The position numbers and the translations under genes are program-made. This document shows, one piece after another, positions 60,561-64,000 of a DNA stretch of 64,000 nucleotides (positions are counted from its first letter, which is position 1; the number at the start of each line of letters is the position of its first letter). This DNA comes from Eukaryota sp. TZLM1-RC (Eukaryota > Protista > Metamonada: BaSk clade). The DNA lies in NCBI GenBank assembly GCA_040285825.1, contig JAUPSS010000007.1, positions 2,578,689 to 2,642,688 of the forward strand. The letters run 5' to 3'. The notes beneath the pieces were generated by a model that worked only from the letters and a program-made list of their open reading frames with translations, did no database searches and was not told the origin of the DNA.

Positions 60561-61121
60561 ACCTTTTGCATATTTCCTGAAAGAAGCTCCACAATTGTTG
60601 CAAACTTTGTTCTTGATTTGACTGGTTTTGCAACAACTTGTGGAGGTTCATTTATGGGTTTTTCCTTAGATTCTGTTCTTCAAATAAGTTTTCAGAATTT
60701 GCCACATCATTTTTTCCAACATTGGGGCATGGTCGAGCATTATGTCCTTGTTGTCGACAATTTGAGCATCTCTAAGAGCGTGTCTTCGTTTTTGAACAAA
60801 CTTCATTTTCATCATGATTTTCAAAAATTTCATCATCAGAAATTTCTTGTCCAAAATTGAAGAGAGAAGAGGTTGATGAGGAGGGGTGGAGAGGTCTTCG
60901 GCATCTTGTTTTCTATCATTCTTTCTGTGACTCCATTGGTATCGGAAACTGGTTCAGGCATCAACAAGAAAGAATAGAAACAAGGATCATGGTTCTGCAA
61001 GGATTTAAGTTAGACGGTTTTATGTAGAGGAAGGAAGAAAAAAATAGTAATATACGATAATAATAGTAAAAATAAATAAAATTCCTTATTCAAGTGCTTT
61101 CAAAGAAGAATTATTAATCAT

Positions 61122-63353
61122 TTATTCATTTTGATCTAAATATTCGCAAAAAATATCATCCAAATAGATTTCAGTTGGATACAAAATAAACCATGGAAAA
61201 CAAGATAATTCAACTAAATATTCATTCTTGAATAATTTAATAGATTTAATTAAACCATGATTAATGAACTTTGTTGGAGCTAATGTAGAACCCAACAGGC
61301 TGTGTTTTTCAGGTTTAATCAATTGAATAAATTTTAAACAAGGAAAGTTTTGTTCAGTTGCACCATTAAGTTCATTGTAAAGATCCCGAATTACTAACTC
61401 CTTTAATCTTGGAAATGATACTTGAATACTCACTGGGCTTAATATAGCTAATGAAATTAAGCACGGAGGTAAAGCTAACTTTCCTTCCAATATTTGATCT
61501 GAAATATCACAAGATAATACCACCAATTCTTTTAATGATGTAAGATAGCTTAAATCATTAACCCAAAAGTGACAATGATTGAGCGATATCTTCACTAGTG
61601 AAGTGGGTAACTGTTGGGCGACAAAGGGACAATTGAGTTCTAAAGTGTGAAGATTTGTCAAATATGCCACGTCTAATGAAAAAATTGGCTGAGGAATTGA
61701 TCTTTGACCAAGTGTTAAAACCTCAACATTTGGGAACAAAAATAATAATTGTGGGTTATAACGAACCTTAAAATAGTACAAATCAAGTTTTTGAATTCTA
61801 GTATTAATTACTTTGGGACCATTATAATCAGTAGATAATCGCAATTGTAATTCACAAATATTTTCATTTAAATCTAAATCTTGAGGATTTTTTAACAAAA
61901 GATTGCGTTGAATTGGATGATCACTAAACACTTCTTGAGCAAATTGAGCTACCCTTTTACTAATACCACATTTGGTGTAAAATCTTGCTTTAACATATGA
62001 ATGATTACCAAAAAGCAATTGCAAATAATTTAAATATTCCCAATAAACAAGCTTAATTGGACCACTAAACATTCTATCCACAGGTCGTTTAGGATGATGA
62101 AAACTGCCAAGTATTTCAGACCCAAATACTTTGACAGGTTGTGGTCGATCAATCAAATCACCTGTACCTAATTGACCTTTATCATTCCTTCCCCATGCCC
62201 AAACAGTGTTTTTGTTGTAGGCAAAAAGGAAGTCATCACCGACTGAAATACCTTCTATATTAATGAATGCTTCAATACATCTAGGCTCCCGCTGATTTTC
62301 ATAAAAGTCACTCATTTTGCACAACCAGCCCCAGACAAAAACCTTACCATTGAGATCTAAAGCAGTGTAAACAGAATCATATTCGTAATATTCGTATCCA
62401 CAAATACAAATCACATGAGACAATTTCTCTATTTTGGTTGGTTCCAAAGAAGTACTGGGACCACAAGCAAACTGCCAAACATCACCATTGATATCGATAA
62501 CAAAAAGACATCCACGATCAAACAAAAATGAACATTCGGATGACTTTTTAGGGGTTATATACTGGGCGACTGGTAACTTTGCAACAGATACAGAGTTATT
62601 AACAACCCTGTTCCTGTGGAAAAGAAAAAAATCACTATTTCCATCAATTGCAACAAAAGATTCATCAGAAACAGAAATGAAAATAACATTACTTATGCCT
62701 TCAATCAGTTCCAATGGTTGACATTCTGACCACTTAACAACTTGGCCTTCGTGCGTTAAAGCAAAGGAGAGCTTACGACCAGCATACAGCTCCTTAATAT
62801 TATACGGGGAGTTCAAAGTCAAAAACAGTGATGATTCATTCCACTTATTGGAAGAACTTTCTGCATTGATGTTGCTTTCATGATACCTCCCCCAATAATG
62901 CAACTGACCTCCAACAGAGACGGCAAAAGAGTTTTTATATCCAGCAGAAATGGAGACAATGTCATATAAAGGAAGTTTGATTGGTGACGTGACGTTTCTA
63001 GGTCCATCAAAAAGAACTTGACCTACATCATTACACCCCCAGCTATAAACCTCACCAGAATAGGTGAGGAGAAGTGTATGTCCATCACCAACAGAAACAC
63101 ACTTAACCCCTGACTCGCGATCGACAAAATTGGAAAAAGAATGGGCACACTGTGACGAATGATGATGGTTGGGAAAGACTGGAGCAAAGTCAGGAAATCT
63201 TATGTAAGAAACATTATCTACTGTTCCTGGGTATTTTGATTGATGTGTGTCCACAGAATCAGGTATGAGCTGGGGAAGAGGGTTAGTGGGACAACATAAA
63301 GAGATAGATTGATCCTGGAGAGAACAGATATACTGACTGTAGCCGAACTCCAT
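61122..63353 (-). CDS. RCC1-repeat protein with C-terminal leucine-rich repeats
   Basis: VSVGDGHTLLL..GEVYSWG.N..GQ, VWAWGRNDKGQLGTGD, then LxxLxxL repeats. Confidence 0.85.
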   Translation of the reverse strand: MEFGYSQYICSLQDQSISLCCPTNPLPQLIPDSVDTHQSKYPGTVDNVSYIRFPDFAPVFPNHHHSSQCAHSFSNFVDRESGVKCVSVGDGHTLLLTYSGEVYSWGCNDVGQVLFDGPRNVTSPIKLPLYDIVSISAGYKNSFAVSVGGQLHYWGRYHESNINAESSSNKWNESSLFLTLNSPYNIKELYAGRKLSFALTHEGQVVKWSECQPLELIEGISNVIFISVSDESFVAIDGNSDFFLFHRNRVVNNSVSVAKLPVAQYITPKKSSECSFLFDRGCLFVIDINGDVWQFACGPSTSLEPTKIEKLSHVICICGYEYYEYDSVYTALDLNGKVFVWGWLCKMSDFYENQREPRCIEAFINIEGISVGDDFLFAYNKNTVWAWGRNDKGQLGTGDLIDRPQPVKVFGSEILGSFHHPKRPVDRMFSGPIKLVYWEYLNYLQLLFGNHSYVKARFYTKCGISKRVAQFAQEVFSDHPIQRNLLLKNPQDLDLNENICELQLRLSTDYNGPKVINTRIQKLDLYYFKVRYNPQLLFLFPNVEVLTLGQRSIPQPIFSLDVAYLTNLHTLELNCPFVAQQLPTSLVKISLNHCHFWVNDLSYLTSLKELVVLSCDISDQILEGKLALPPCLISLAILSPVSIQVSFPRLKELVIRDLYNELNGATEQNFPCLKFIQLIKPEKHSLLGSTLAPTKFINHGLIKSIKLFKNEYLVELSCFPWFILYPTEIYLDDIFCEYLDQNE

Positions 63354-64000
63354 AAAATGTGGGAAATGAGGAAAATCAGCACACTACAATGAGATTGACA
63401 AATGATTTGATTTGTTGTTGTGGTGGATAATGATTTTGAATCCTTTATTGAATTGCAAATTTAATAGAGACAATCTAAATATACATCACAAATATTATAT
63501 TTGAAGACACAAAGAAGGGATTTTTGCATGATGATATTCAATTGTATGATTAAAACAATGGAATAAACCAAGGAACAGAGGATTGATCGCGATCTTGCTG
63601 TGCAGCAGAAACTGATTGTGGAACAAATGAATTCAAAGTTAAATTATTGTTTTTACTGCGATGGAAAGAAATTGATCGCAAAGCTCAGGAAAGTCGTCAT
63701 TATTTACATCAATCTTGGCATTTCCTTCAACAAAATGGAAAGCATGATAGGGGTCAAGATTTTAAAATATGATTTACATTTTCTAAATTATTGAGTGAAT
63801 CTAAATATTGCTTAAATCCAATTCGATTTGAATAAGGTAATTTGTCCATTAACAATGGTATTCCGTGTTTTTTCAATATTATCAACAAGATCTCTTACTG
63901 CGAAAGCTTGGGTCATGAAGTAATTCTTGGCTTGGTCAAAACTCAAAATACCGCTTTCGCAAATATGACAAGTCGTTTGTAATAATTCATCTGTTGCTTA

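Overview
AT-rich, gene-dense eukaryotic (protist) DNA in the standard code, with very short introns (28-31 nt). The gene set is most consistent with an anaerobic flagellate such as a free-living metamonad, but this is inference and cannot be confirmed here. Housekeeping genes: PI4-kinase alpha, TRM11, RNA Pol I/III AC40, TAF8-, MED8- and CCDC13-like, an Orc1/Cdc6/Orc4-like AAA+, GTP-PEPCK, a stand-alone AdhE-type aldehyde dehydrogenase and an Lnt-like nitrilase. They are interleaved with mobile DNA: many RLE-type (CRE-like) non-LTR retrotransposon copies (one near full length), a 1.36-kb LTR mini-element with identical 92-bp LTRs, a decayed Gag ORF, and a decayed Fanzor (eukaryotic TnpB) gene followed by candidate omega-RNA hairpins. 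The most unusual element is a sharply bounded ~3.1-kb unit encoding a ~987-aa protein with tandem DEDDy 3'-5' exonuclease folds. It occurs three times in the window, and divergence between copies is concentrated in the catalytic domain.
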